Part shown: positions 26,730-40,489 of the stretch, in pieces
Layout of the letters: each line of letters begins with the position of its first letter
How positions within the stretch are numbered: the first letter of the stretch is position 1
From: Octopus sinensis
Taxonomy: Eukaryota
Length of the DNA stretch: 64,000 nucleotides
NCBI RefSeq assembly: GCF_006345805.1
Contig: NC_042999.1
Location: 108,314,001-108,378,000 of the forward strand
Direction of reading: 5' to 3'
Position numbers and translations under genes: made by a program
Notes under the pieces: generated by a model
Told to the model about the DNA's origin: nothing
Database searches by the model: none
The model's input: only the letters and a program-made list of their open reading frames with translations

Positions 26730-27503
26730 ATATATATTGACAAAAATAAGTATGTATGTGTGTGTGTATATATATATATATATTGACAAAAGTAAGACAA
26801 CAAAAGCAGTTTTATATCATATATATATATATATATATACATATATATACATACACACACACACACAACAGACTTCAGTGTAGATTTTGTCTCACAAATT
26901 TCAATCTGTCATTAATTATCCCAAAACTATAGTAAAAGAAACTTGTTCTTGTTGCCAAGTCATGGAAATGAACCCTGTACTACATTCTACTGAACTGAAC
27001 TTGTTGACCACACAGCCATGTCAGTACCTATATCGAAAACTCTAAATACTTTGCTTTAAAAAAAAAAATCCAAAAGTATGATATAATATACTAATCCTAT
27101 GAAATTAAGTAGGTTTAATTACTTGATTAGTTCTAAATACCTGACTGTTACTGGTTAAAGTATTAAATGATGCATATGGCAAGAGTTAATTAACAGTATG
27201 GTGGGCTCTTCAGAAACAATACATATGGTAAACTGCCAAGGTAAATAATTGGCAGAATCTAGCTAGATACTTCACTCTTCTAGTGCAAATCATATTGTCT
27301 TTGATTTTTGTTTCTTCCAAATCAATCAAATAAATACCGATTATATTCTAATATTTTCCTTTGCTTCTTTGGTGTAGATTCATTTATCTAAAGAATAAAA
27401 AACACAATAAAAAAAATTCTCCCAGAACAAAAATTACTCTTTGTACCTGATCAAAAGAAGGTATTATTATGTATCTTCAAAAAAAATGTTGTGTGTGTAT
27501 ATG

Positions 27504-27537
<34 letters not shown>

Positions 27538-27546
27538 TAGTAGTGC

Positions 27547-27583
<37 letters not shown>

Positions 27584-27799
27584 GCCACAATGATTGGTGG
27601 GTTGGAATAGAGATGTATCATATAATTATGGATGTGTGTTTATAGTAAACACACATTTTTAGCCTTACTGTGAAACATATATTTTAATGTTAAGCTACAT
27701 GCTTATTTATTTTATTGCTGTGACCTTGAAAAAGATAGTTGGACTAGATTCAGCAATCATTTACAGTTTCCTCAGAGGCAGGTTAAATATGTATAATAT

Positions 27800-27837
<38 letters not shown>

Positions 27838-27841
<4 letters not shown>

Positions 27842-28062
27842 CCCAACCAAGTGTGGTGTTCTATATGGGACAATGCTACTGGTGTTTATAGCCCCAAGAA
27901 GACATCTCTTCCAGCTGGCTAACGACACACATTCTGTGTCCAATTAGTATTTGCAATCAGATGCAGAATGTGTGTCATTAGCCAGCTTGAAGAGATGTGT
28001 TACTGGGGCTATAAAAGCCAGTAGCACTGTCCTATATAGGATGCCATACTTGGTTGGCAATT
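27838..28062. repeat. Inverted repeat, 99-bp arms, 27-nt spacer
   Basis: 27838-27936 versus 27964-28062, 85/99 complementary, no indels. Confidence 0.92.
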
Positions 28063-28679
28063 GTATGTTACGATTCCATATTGCTACTGTTTACATCTCG
28101 CTCAGAGATTTAACATAGTATATATATATTATGAGGGGGTATGTATGCATGTGCACACACACACACACACAATGGAAAGACATTCATGTGTTACTGTTGG
28201 TTAGCTCCAAACCAACCTTCATGAAATAGATCTCTGGTCTCAAAGATTTTTATGTCTTGTACTTTTACATTTTATCTTTTTCCCAAGGCATAGGATATAC
28301 ATGATTAAATTCTATTTCAAGACACTAGGGAGTAATTAAAGGGAGATCTGGATATTTAACTATTATTTCCTTTACATCATTCCCTGGGCCTTCAGTTGGG
28401 TCTACTTAAGGAAGTCCCTCTGTCTACCAGGCATTCTTTCCATTGAGTAACATCTCTTAGTAATTTCTTAATCTCAGCAAGGACAAGTCTACTATTGTTA
28501 TTAATTATGCACTACTTGTTAAGGATATCTCTACAGATATTTTATAGAAATTATAAGTCATTTGTAATTAAGCACTGTTTCATTGATGACAGCCTCGGTT
28601 GCACTAGGACACTGCTTCACAATCCAGTACACCTTGCACCTTTGATTGTGTTATAGAGTATTAGCTTACTTCTATGCCT

Positions 28680-29430
28680 TCCCCCCCCCCTACTCTTGCA
28701 ACCCACTGAAACACTCATCATAATCATCTCTCTCACTCATCTTTCCTGGCATACTTACCATCATTACTATTCTACTACTTTTCATACCCATATATTATTG
28801 ATCATCCTACCATTCCTCTACAGCTTTCCTCAACACTTTCCAATCTCCACAGCTGTCACCTACTCTTGCCGACCTCCTCTTGTTACCATGGCATGCAACA
28901 CTTGTTCTTCATTATATTCGCTATTTCACTCATTCTCCATCTCTCACTTTCCTATAGACTCTCAGAACTTCTATCTTCCCACACTCCCAGTTCTTCTACC
29001 CTCATTCTTTTTTTACTTAACTCATACCTTCAGGGTCTAGACAGACACCTCATCACCATTATTTTATCTCTTCCCCATTTCACTTTTCATCATCAGCCTC
29101 ACCCTCTCTTTTAAAATGTAAGAAGCCATGTGCTGTTGAGTAGCCCCAACAGCAAGAAATCCATTTCTGCTCTGGCCCCCTTCACTAATACACTAACTTC
29201 CACTTCATCTAGGACAAAGCTGTCTCTCAGGGTTCATAGTCTTGCAACTTGAACAACAACCTCACTAGTGCTTGTAGCATGAAAAAGAAAACCCAGTAGA
29301 CACTGTAAAGTTGGCATTTGGAAGGGTATCCAACTGAAGAAACTATTCCAAAGTAGACATTGGAGCATGATGCAGTCCTTAGACTCAATGGATCCTTTCA
29401 AACTATCCAGCTGATGCTAGGGATATTAAA
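28680..29430 (+). mobile_element. 3' portion of a retroposon ending in the shared SINE/LINE tail
   Basis: Long pyrimidine-rich block followed by AAAACCCAGTAGACACTGTAAAGTTGGCATTTGGAAGGGTATCC..TAAATGATGATG, the same tail as the copy at 7020-7262. Confidence 0.55.
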
Positions 29431-29499
29431 TGATGATGGTGGTTATGAGCTGATATCTAGCATTCCTAAATGCATAATAATATTCTTTGCTTCCTCCTT

Positions 29500-29950
29500 T
29501 CTACCATTCTTTCCAGACTCATCTGTTACCTCTTATGGCACATTCTACCATACCATTCTATGACTAAATTGTCCTTCATTCACATATCTAGTTTCTGGCT
29601 TGCAGCCAGTTGTCTCATAGAAACTCTTGTTATAGGTCTCTATCTCACACTAGTTCTTGATGTGTTCTTTAACCTATGTCTAGCTGAGAGAATCTTTAAG
29701 TTTTCTTAGCTCTTTTCTCAGATTGTCTCATGTGACTGGGACTATCTAGCACTTACTCTGATACTACTTGTCACTAGTCTATGTTGAGTTGTACACCCTT
29801 CACTCGAGGGAAAACTTAGTATTTACAACCACTCATCTATCCAGTTTCTTGATGACTATGATATCTATATGGCTTGTGGGTTTTCCTAACTAGTAGAGGA
29901 TCAGATAGCTGCCTCAAATCCCAAAGTTGCAGTTGCAAATGGTAAAGTGA
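29500..29950 (-). mobile_element. Decayed RTE/RTE-X LINE, end of AP endonuclease domain plus linker
   Basis: Minus strand reads KPTSHIDIIVIKKLDR*VVVNTKFSLE..CTTQHRLV..RKLKD, resembling the SQIDY..E..TPQHRLV motif of RTE-type endonucleases. Many stops. Confidence 0.65.
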
Positions 29951-30335
29951 ACCAGGTATTTGCTTCACAGAATTGTAAGATGTATGTTCACTCTTCTGTC
30001 CATTTACTATAACGATAACCAATTATTCCATGTACATTGGAATAATTGTAATGGTGTTAAAAAAATGCTCATTAAACTCAACAGCCATAATAAAGAGTTT
30101 ATTATTATTATTGTCTATTATTGTGGTAGTCTACAAGAGAACTTCATAATAACAGTTCTTTTGCATCTCTATCTACCTTAGTATTGTTGCCTATTCAGTG
30201 TGTGGGAGCACGCCCATTTATGTATGTGTTTTGCTATCTAAGTAAGTGCACAACATCAGTGACTTTGTATTGAGTGAATCAAATGAATATATATATATTT
30301 ATATATGTGTGTGTGTATACACATATGTGTGTGTA

Positions 30336-30336
<1 letters not shown>

Positions 30337-30390
<54 letters not shown>

Positions 30391-30415
30391 GTTGTTGTTG
30401 TTGTTGTTGTTATTA
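30337..30415. repeat. (TAT)n-(TGT)n compound trinucleotide microsatellite
   Basis: Direct reading; source of the poly-Y, poly-C and poly-L pseudo-ORFs. Confidence 0.95.
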
Positions 30416-32015
30416 TTTATCAGAAGTCACAAAGTGACTAAAGAGCAAAGAGTTTGTGCATTGGCACTTACCAAACTAGTTTCAAATCATAATTTGGAAA
30501 CAGTTTGATCAGTACTAATAATAAGATGTGTGTGTGTGCACACTTACATGCACAGATATATATTTTATATTTGTTTAAATTCTTAGGCTACATTATGCTA
30601 AAACAGGCATTTTGCCTTATTTCTCTCACGAAATGCACCTAACTAATAATGATAAATTTAACATTTTTCACTGTTATATAAATAAAACAAAAAAAAACTA
30701 TATAGTTTAGCCCACCCTATTCCAACATTCAAAACCATAATAACTCCAATATTTCTGCCATTCTTTAACACATTTTCTTTTCCCTGTTCCCTGCACACTT
30801 TTGTTTCTCAATCTCAAAATTTTTTTCAAATTATTTCATCATATTTTCATATTTCCATATTTTATTGTTTCTCTCCTGTTTTGCCCAAAATTTAGTTGTT
30901 CTTTATAATGGAAAAATATTTTGTCAAAGTAGAAAAATCACAATAAGGATGATTATTATTTGAAGTTACAAATTGAAAGTATTGTGCCTTGAAATGCAAT
31001 TCTTAAATGGAATAGGATCTAACCATATCCTATTTCTGTTTTTGATTGATTCTTCTCCTGCGCCGCATTAACCACCAAGTTTATAAGGACACAATTTTAT
31101 CTACTATGAAATATATTTCTTGTTATTCCTTTCGAAATTCCTCTTTCTTCAATTTCTATTTATGTATGCATAGAGATATGCATGTTCTTAGATATCTATG
31201 GACACACATATGCACATACCCACATAGATGCAAGAATGAATTCAAAACTTATACATACATACATACATACATACACATGCTCATATACACACACACAAAT
31301 GCAATACATATATGTATTATATGTAACATGCATTCACGAAACAGAAGACACAGTAAAAAAAGACAAGTAAAAAAAGTCCCTGAGAATTGCCACTGGTTTA
31401 TTCAATACATACATCCATTCCAATTTCTTTTAATCTAGAATAAAAGGAACCCTACATAGAAAGCACATCTGCTGAGAATCTTTTTTCTTTTTTTCTTTAT
31501 TTCCAGTGGTTAAAATTTTTAGTTCATTGTTAAGAGCTTATGTAAAATTATATAATATATTTCCTCTTCTTATATACTCTGGGAGAAAATTCTCTGCACT
31601 CCAAGCTATTATGACTCAATCTTAAAATCTTACCAGATCATGTGTGCTGTTTGTATTTCATTTTTAAGCAAGTTCTTTCTTTTTTTTTTATCTATTTTCT
31701 TCGTGTATTACTTTTCAGTTCACATCTGTGAGTTTTTATCTAAATATCATCTCAAGGCTGCTGGAGTTATTTCATGTAATTTTCTTGCTTGGTTTTGACA
31801 TTTTGCTGCATACTTTATTTCTTACCACATATCATCTTTCCGGATTATGTATTATTTTGATATTTAAAAAAAAAAACATTCTGTTTTTCTTGAAATTGCT
31901 TTAAAATGCGTTATTTCTGTACTCTTTCATTGGTTTCACTCATTGCAATTTGGCCATGCTGGGGCACCACCTTCAATGGTTTTTGTACTTTGTAGAACTT
32001 ATTTTATTAAAAAGC

Positions 32016-32237
32016 TACAAGAGAGTGCTGAAAAGTTCCTGGCTTTGAGTAAAAGAAAATATGGGAAGTTCAGTTAATTATGATTTTATTCAACATATTC
32101 CCCTGTCAGATTTACACACTCATTGCAGCAATCTTTCAGTTTTTCTAAACCTTGTAAAAAAAACTCAGAAGATTGTTCCTCCAACCAGGCCTTTCACAAT
32201 ACCCTTAAAGCCAGGAACTCTTCAGCACCCCATTGTA
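32016..32237 (+). mobile_element. About 220-bp mariner-type MITE, copy 1
   Basis: TIR-like ends GTGCTGAAAAGTTCCTGGCTTT and AAAGCCAGGAACTCTTCAGCAC, TA-flanked. Internal sequence is shared with 44178-44398 and 55383-55600. Confidence 0.85.
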
Positions 32238-33689
32238 TTTATCAAATTGCTAAGTATATCTAAGACATGTAACTTAGTAGCCTAAAATACCAACAAGGAA
32301 TCTTCAATACTCTAAGTTATCTACCATTTCTTTGCTAATAACACGCACATACCAATGTGCACACAGTGCTGATGTCACATAAAAAGCAACCAGCTCACCT
32401 TGTGGAGTGGTTGGCATTAGGAAGGGCAACCAGCTGTAGAAACCATACCAAAACAGACAATGGAGCCTGTGCTGCCTTTGGCCTTACCAGCTCTGGTCAC
32501 ACCAACCAACCCATACCAGAGTAGGAAACTGACATTAAATGATGATGATGTTTCCACCTATCAAATTTCCCTTCCAAGACATTGGTTAACCAAAGTGCTG
32601 TACAATAGGCATGAACCCAGAATCACACTTGGTTGTAAAAGGAGCTCCTTAACCATATGGTCATGCCTGTGCAACTGTTGCTTAAATTTTTATAAAATTC
32701 ATAAAGTTGCTATTGAATTAAAGCTTCCAATTCATTTTTCATTTCAGATGTTATTGAAAGCCTATACTTTTAATACTAAGATTGAACATCATTATTTCTC
32801 TGATTGGCACGCTCCTTATTTCTATTCATTATTGTTCTGGTGATCAGCTGCCTAACTGGCCAGATGACCATCAGTCTAATTCCTACTATTATCTGAACAC
32901 TCATTTCATGCTTGTTAATCTAATTCTGGTCAACAGAGATTTATTTTTCTCTAACATTATTCGAATGTCAGTGGAGACAATACTTACTGATAAGTTTACA
33001 TCCATTATCTTTCTGTTGTAGTTGAAAATTAAATATCCCCCAGACACTTATCTCTCTTGATAGTTATTAAGAGAGATTGAATGGAAAGTTGTCAGCTCCC
33101 ATAATTTTAAACAACTAAAGTGAAGCAAATGAATTTGACCAATATTTATATCTTTTTTTTTAACATACTTAACAGTTAGATTATTAAAATATTGCAATGT
33201 AAAATACTTTTAATTCTCAATAGATTTGAAAATGCAATAAAAGGAAGATATAGTCAAGCTACCAGCAAAAAAAACTAGATGTAAATTAAATTCATATTTA
33301 TTGAAGTCTAATCTTAAATGGAACTAAAAAAAATTTAGATTTATATTTTAAATATATTTTCAAATCAATTACATACAAATTGAAATTTACTGGAAAATGT
33401 TTTTAGCCATACCAAAGGCTTACTTTGCGATTTTGTGTAATACAAAGTCATTTGAGTTCATATTCTGTTTCATTCAAAAAATTTTTTAAATACCTATGCA
33501 AATTTTTTTAGCCACACACATATATCAATACAGTGTTAAACGAGGAAAAAAGAGTTCTCAATATATTATTAGAGATTAACATATTTTATTTCGGTTAAGT
33601 TAGTCTCTTGCTACTCTTGAGTATCATCTGTGGGTGCACAGGAACTTCAGACTTGCCTGAAGATTCTGTGGAACTCATAGTAACATAAG

Positions 33690-33990
33690 ACTGATTGCAT
33701 GGCACCTTAGACAAGTGTCTTCTACTATAGCCCCAGACCAACCAAAGCTTTGTGAGTGGATTTGGTAGATGAAAACTGCAAGAAGTCCATTGTGTGTGTG
33801 TATGTATGTATTTGTGTGTCTGTATTTGTCCCTCCACCATCACTTGACAATCAATGTTGGTATGTTGGTTTGGCAAAAAAGACCTATAGAATAAATACTA
33901 GGCTTACAAATTTTAAGTCCTGGGGTCAATTTGTTTGACTAAAGACAATGCTCTAGCATGGCTACAGTCATGACTGAAACAAGTAAAAGA
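33690..33990 (+). mobile_element. Same SINE family, 5'-truncated copy
   Basis: Begins at CATGGCACCTTAGACAAGTGTCTTCTACTATAGC and ends GAAACAAGTAAAAGAATA. Confidence 0.8.
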
Positions 33991-33996
33991 ATATAT

Positions 33997-34015
33997 GTAT
34001 ATATATGTGTGTGTG

Positions 34016-34093
<78 letters not shown>

Positions 34094-34176
34094 GCATGTG
34101 TATATATATATATGTATATGTATGTGTATATATATATATACATGTATGTGTGTGTGTATATATATATATATACATG

Positions 34177-34207
<31 letters not shown>

Positions 34208-34226
34208 ATGTGTGTGTGTGTATGCA
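33997..34226. repeat. Long compound (TA)/(TG) microsatellite
   Basis: Direct reading; explains the cluster of YI/VC/HT ORFs. Confidence 0.95.
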
Positions 34227-35243
34227 TGTATCATGGTGGTGGACATCCCTCTCACAACCCACAGGTGAGGACCCTGTAACTTCTAGCTATACATTAGATT
34301 TATGGAGAAAAAAACTGAAACTAAAATAACTTCAACAGAATCAAAGAATTTAATTAGTATAACAGAGAATTTCAGTAACATGATACAGCTGTTTACTTTG
34401 GAATATATTTCTCCAACAATCTGTTCTTATGATTTGGATTTGCTGTTGGATGAGTAGGTTGTGGGGAGGGTTGTACCGAGGAGGTGGGGGCTAAATTAAG
34501 AAAGAAGAAAGCTTGGTGTTCTGGTCAACTTCCTTCCCAAGCTCTGAGTAGGAAGAAACCACAGCAAATATGTATTAGATCACTTTTACATTGAGTCTCA
34601 TTGTCCTTTCAGAATGCAGCCTGAATCTAAAAGAGACTATGATGTAAAGAAGGAAAAATAAAGAGAAAGAGAGAGGAGAAAATTAATAGAACACAAAATA
34701 CATGTTAAAATATACATGTTTATACAAAAGGTTTCTTTAAAATCTCCTCAGGCAATTTCAGTTTTATTTCAAAGTTTTACCAAAAGCAGAAAAGCAATTC
34801 CTATGACAATTTTTGATGAGCCCTTGAGACTACAGGTATCACGAAAGGGATAAATAAGCCAAGACTCGTGGGTTGCTGCGACCTAAGGCAACTCATTAAG
34901 ACATTGAATTATCCTCAGTCCACCAATCCTAGTTTGAATCCTTGCCTCCACTAATGTTGTCCAAAGGTCAGGTGGCAGTGGCGGTAGCAAACTGGGTGAT
35001 GTATTCTGTCCACTACTCGAGTGTTTGGCAGATATTATCAGCTTGATATACATTTATTCTAAAATTATCATGAACAAATACATGGAAGATAGGCCATATA
35101 AAGTATTTTCATAAAGCAGTATTGAAAATAAAGATGGCAGGAAAGCTCTTTCTCTTACTCTCTCTGTCTCTTCTCTTCCACTCTGTGTGTGTATATGCAC
35201 ACACACACACACACACACATATAGATATATACATATGCAAACT

Positions 35244-35313
<70 letters not shown>

Positions 35314-38300
35314 GAGAGTTGTAATACTGGTACTCTAATTTTGTCTGTACGTCAACAGACATTGAGAAAAGTTTATGTTTTATGAGGTTCTCTAAATGGC
35401 TATCTAATGTTTGACAACTTTCTTTATGGCACTTCGTGTAGGATAATATGTTTTGATTTTTTTTTTTAATTCATAGTTTTTAACAGTAGTAGTAGTCGTA
35501 GTCGCTGTCATAGTCCACAAAGAATCAACATAGACAAGCCTTGACCTGTCTTGTTGAAAAGTCAGTGCTTCTTAACCTTGCAACTCCTAATACTATTCGC
35601 TCCTGTATTCTTTTTCTTTCCTTATGTCTATCTGTCTCCTTATTATTTTAACACAGTGAATTTCTTTATTCCTTATGGAGATTTTATGTAAGGTAATATA
35701 GTTTTCTTTTTTAATTCTGTATATTTTATTGTGTTTCTTAAGTTTCTCTTTTGTTTATTTTTTCTTCTACCATACTCCTATTGTTTCAATTTACATTTTA
35801 AATTCTTTTCACACAGATAACACAAGGATATACATGAAAGAGTTGTGAATGAATATGTGCATGCACAAACTCACTCACACACACTCACACACACACATAC
35901 ACACACACAGATGAGTGTATGTATTTCTCTATTTTTAAGAAGTTGTAACTATTCTTCAGTAAACTAGTATTGTAGCTAAAAGTTGTAACAATGGTTTTTT
36001 CCTTTACTGGATAGTTAAATGTGTATGTATGTGTGTGTGTGTGTGTGTGTGTGTAGGCATGCCTGCACACCAAAATGTTTGCTTCCCAACCACATTGTTT
36101 TAGGCTCAATCCCACTGCTTGGCACCTTGGGGAAGAGTTTTCTGTAGCCTCAGGCTGACCAAAGCCTTGTGAATGGATTTCATAGACAGAAAATATATAG
36201 GAGACCATTCACTGTGTGTGTGTGTGTCATCATCATCGTTTTAATATCCACTTTTCCATGTTTGCATGACTCAGATTAAGTTCATTCAGGCGTATTTCTA
36301 CAGCTGGATGCTCTTCCTGATGCCAACCCATACCTAGTTATTTGCAGAAAAGGTAAAAGTTTCCCACGGCTAGACATGTTTTTCACAGAATACTGGAAGT
36401 GAACGACAATCATTTAGAATAATCATTTACCACAATCACATGATATCAAGACAGAGAGAGAGAAAGAGACACACACACACACATGCACATACACATGCAT
36501 GCACGCATGCATAAATGTATACACAACAGCTTTCTTTCAGTTTCTGTCTAGAAAATATACTCACAAAGCCTTGGACAACCCAAGGCTATAATAGAAGAAA
36601 CTTGCTCAAGGTGCCACACAGTGGGACTGAACCTGGAACTATCTAGTTGGGAAGTGAACTTCTTCACTACACAGCTGCACTTACACTTAATATTTGAACT
36701 GAGAACAATTTGGCACTTTTGTTATTGTAAAACATCCAAATAAAATTGTGCACCTACTGCAATGTCTTGTATAAAATTCCCTAAAGTATTGTCAGGAAAT
36801 CTTGTAAAAACATGTTTAGGCAACAATATTGTTGTTGTTGACAATGATGATGACAAAGATGCATCCCAGAGATGTTGTAGTTAAGCAAACCAAACTGTTG
36901 CAGTCATGTTCCCTTTTTTTTTTATATCTAGATAGAACTACATTATTAGAAAAGTTAAGAGCAATACTTATTGCCATTATCTGAACCTCAGAGATGGTAG
37001 AAAGAAGAGAGGAACTTATCCTCCAACCAGAAACATATTCTAAATGTTTACACTAGAGTCGACTCTGTTAAAGGCACCTAAGGGTCAAAAGGTGGTGTTA
37101 AAATGGACAACAGTTTAAGCTTACCTTCTAAAATCAGAAATAAAAATGATCCACCAATTGGCATACACTGCGTTTTTGTTTAGCAAATTTCAAATCTCAC
37201 TCACTAAGCTTTCTTTAATCTGAAAGTATGACGAGATTGACCCAAGGTTCTATGTAATGATTTCTTACCCCCACTCTTTTGCTTCTTTAGTAAGACAGTA
37301 GGGTGTGATTTGAGGAAATTCAGTTACTATTTCTAGCAGGCTGGGTGACTTTTTAATGGATCTGTCATTGAACAACAATGCCAAGTATTTAGGTGTTAAG
37401 AACAGAGAATTCTCTCTAATGTGAAGCATTTCAGTATTTGACATTTTAGTAAATTAGAAGCGACAGCTAGTTGACCAGAGGTGATTTCTTTTAGTTACAT
37501 GGCTAATTGAGAAGGTTTCTACATTATAGTTTGTACAACAAACTGTCATGTTGAGAGTGTTTAATTGTTTTATTTAGTCACATAAAATGACTGTGCATTT
37601 ACAAGTAACAGTAACCCTTGTATGACCATATTTCTTCTAATGGATAATGTATGTATTTATTTCAATTAGTTTTCATGGTAATCAAAAATGGTTTAGGAAG
37701 ATAAGCATTAATATGTTTTACTTATTAGTTGTTGTTACTTAAGCACCAACTCTGTCTTATCAAGCATGCCTATAATTAAAAAGTTCCACTTAATATTGTC
37801 ACTTCTTTTTAGGGTTATGTAGGTAGGTGTAGAGTTTCCAAAGTGGCCTTGGCTAATTTAACTTGGTAGGATAAATTTTTCAGGTATTTGGTTAATCTTT
37901 TTGACAAGTCAAGCAACTATGTAAAGACTCCTTCATTGGTTCATTTTGTTTATATATCTATATTATGTTATATATTGTTATATATTCTATTAAGCTGGTA
38001 TTTGGAACACAACATTACAAATGATTCTCAGTCTAATATACAATATTCTTTTATTCTTGTTTCTATCATTTGACTGTGGCTATGCTGGAGCATTGCCTTA
38101 ATATACTGAAGTTTAACAACAATATTTCAAATGAAATTTTAATTTAGCAGTGAACATATTGTTTTACAGAGTGGTTTCATGGAAGATGATAACATCAAAA
38201 CAGAGACTTCTCAAAAAAATTTGTATTAGTATGGTTGTTTTTTTGTTTTTTAAAGAAGTTTTTGTTGGTCTTTCTAACCATTTATAAAGGGTTATGTCTA

Positions 38301-38445
38301 AGTTTAGGGTGATGTTTAAGAAACTAGTGAGGTTCATCATGATAGTTATTTTGAATTTGAAAGTATTAAATATCTGTGTTAGATCCCACCTGAATCTACC
38401 TAGCGTAAGTTCATTCATGTCCTAAGATATAGCTAACCCATCATG

Positions 38446-38494
<49 letters not shown>

Positions 38495-39136
38495 AAAGTC
38501 TATAGTCATGAATTTTGTTGGTGAATGCATCTATAAAATACAGTACAATAATATAACTAACACAACCAACTCCACCAGTCTAGATTTCGGCATATAACTG
38601 CAGAGTGAGACAATGCTTTTAAGCCTTTTAGAAAACCCATTGTAAAGCTAACATTTATTTTGTATAAGTAAGTGGCAAGCCTTCTATTCACAATAATGTA
38701 AAACTAACTTACCTGGTAAATAATATAAATAGGAAACAATCTACTTTCTCCTATAATAAGAATTCAAAAAGGCACTATGCTACAAGATAGCTCTAGAAGC
38801 CAACACCTTGAAAGAGGAAATCACATACAGGCAAAACACTCCATTGCAAAATTATAACAAAAGATATATATTTCTGATTGTGTGTTTGTGTCTTTCACTG
38901 CTGAGAGTTGGTGTGGTTTGAGTAAGTCACTGTAACTTAACAGTTTGGTGAAAGAGACCAATAGAATAAGTACTGGGGTTGATATGATATACTAAACACT
39001 TCAAAAGTGATAAGAGGAAAGAGAAAAGAGCGTGGGTGTGTGAATGAGTATATAAATATAGTACATTCATAAATACATGTACATTCATGAAAATATATGT
39101 ATATACGTTATATATGTATTTACACATTTTTATCTA

Positions 39137-39639
39137 CAGTAATCCCTCACCATATCACGGTTCACCTATCGCGTTTTATTATTTAAGCTTACGTTGATTC
39201 CTCCATGGTGTTGTTTTGCATTTATAATAAAATAAATGTATACATCATCATCATCATCATTTAACATCTGCTTTCCATGCTAGCATGGGTTAGACGATTT
39301 GACTGAGGACTGGTGAACCAGATGGCTGCGCCAGGCTCCAGTGTGATCTGGCAGAGTTTCTACAGCTGGATGCCCTTCCTAAAGCCAACCACTCTGAGAG
39401 TGTAGTGGGTGCTTTTACGTGCCAGTCTGGCGGTACTGGTAACGGCCATGCTTGAAATGGTGTTTTTTTATGTGCCACATGCACAGGAGTCAGTCCAGCA
39501 GCACTGGCAACGACCTCACTCGAATGTTTTAAAAATAATAAAAGAAGATATACTGTACAGTACTGTTTCTACTTCACAGATTTTCACCTATCATGGGGTG
39601 TTATGGAACGTAACACCTGTGATAATTGAGGGATTATTG
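39137..39639. mobile_element. Tigger/pogo-like non-autonomous DNA transposon interrupted by a SINE
   Basis: TA|CAGTAATCCCTCA..ATCAC at left, GTGATAATTGAGGGATTATTG|TA at right. A (CAT)n-tailed minus-strand retroposon sits inside at about 39244-39520. Confidence 0.75.
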
Positions 39640-40367
39640 TATATATTATACATAAACTAGTCTGTTTCATTGGTCTTACATTTTTTATGGTGGAATGGTT
39701 TTGATGAAGTTTTGTTTTATAACCTGATATCTTTTCTGCTGCTAACCATTACCTGCTTTTCAGATAAGGGGTCTTTAGGGTCATACAGCATCAAAGGCAT
39801 TGAAGCAGTACATGATTTGTTGACAAGATAAATGATATCCACATCACTTGCAGTTTGTGATATTCCGAGAAGTGTAAATCTAAACAAACACACAGATACA
39901 GGTACACACACACACACGCACATGCACATGCACGCACACACACACACACACATTTGTACATACTTACGAATGAACGAACAAACTGCACATATATATGCAT
40001 ACATATAAAATTACCCTGTTGATGTTGAAGTTCCAATGAAGGAGCTTTGGATCTAGGTTAGAAACTGACTCTTTATTGGCAAGAAAATCTTGAAATAAAA
40101 CTGAATAATCCCACACACACATATCATCATCATCCTTTAACATTTGTTTTCCATGTTGGCATAGGTTGGACAGTTTGACAGAAGCTGGAGAGCTGTCCAG
40201 ACTCTAATTGTCTAGTATGGCTTCTACAGGTAGATGCCATTTCTAATGCCAACCACTTAACAGACGGTGGTGGGTGCATCTTACATGCTACAGACATTTT
40301 ATGTGCTCCTTGCACAAGTGCTTTTTATGTGGCACAAGTGTATTTTATGTGACACCAGCACATGCAT

Positions 40368-40402
<35 letters not shown>

Positions 40403-40489
40403 TATAAGGTATTTTTCGATGCCTGGAATTGAACTTGGAATCTTGGAGTTAGTAGCCCGCACTCTTAACCATATGCCCATGAGCAATTA

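Noticed and set aside
30246-30508. Poly-Y/poly-C and poly-L ORFs
   Set aside because: Translations of (TAT)n-(TGT)n.
33913-34329. Six overlapping ORFs rich in YI/VC/HT
   Set aside because: Translations of a compound TA/TG microsatellite.
38170-38404. Two small plus-strand exon candidates that join in frame (SGFMEDDNIKTETSQKNLSHLNLPS)
   Set aside because: The first donor is weak, the product is short and low-information, and there is no independent support.
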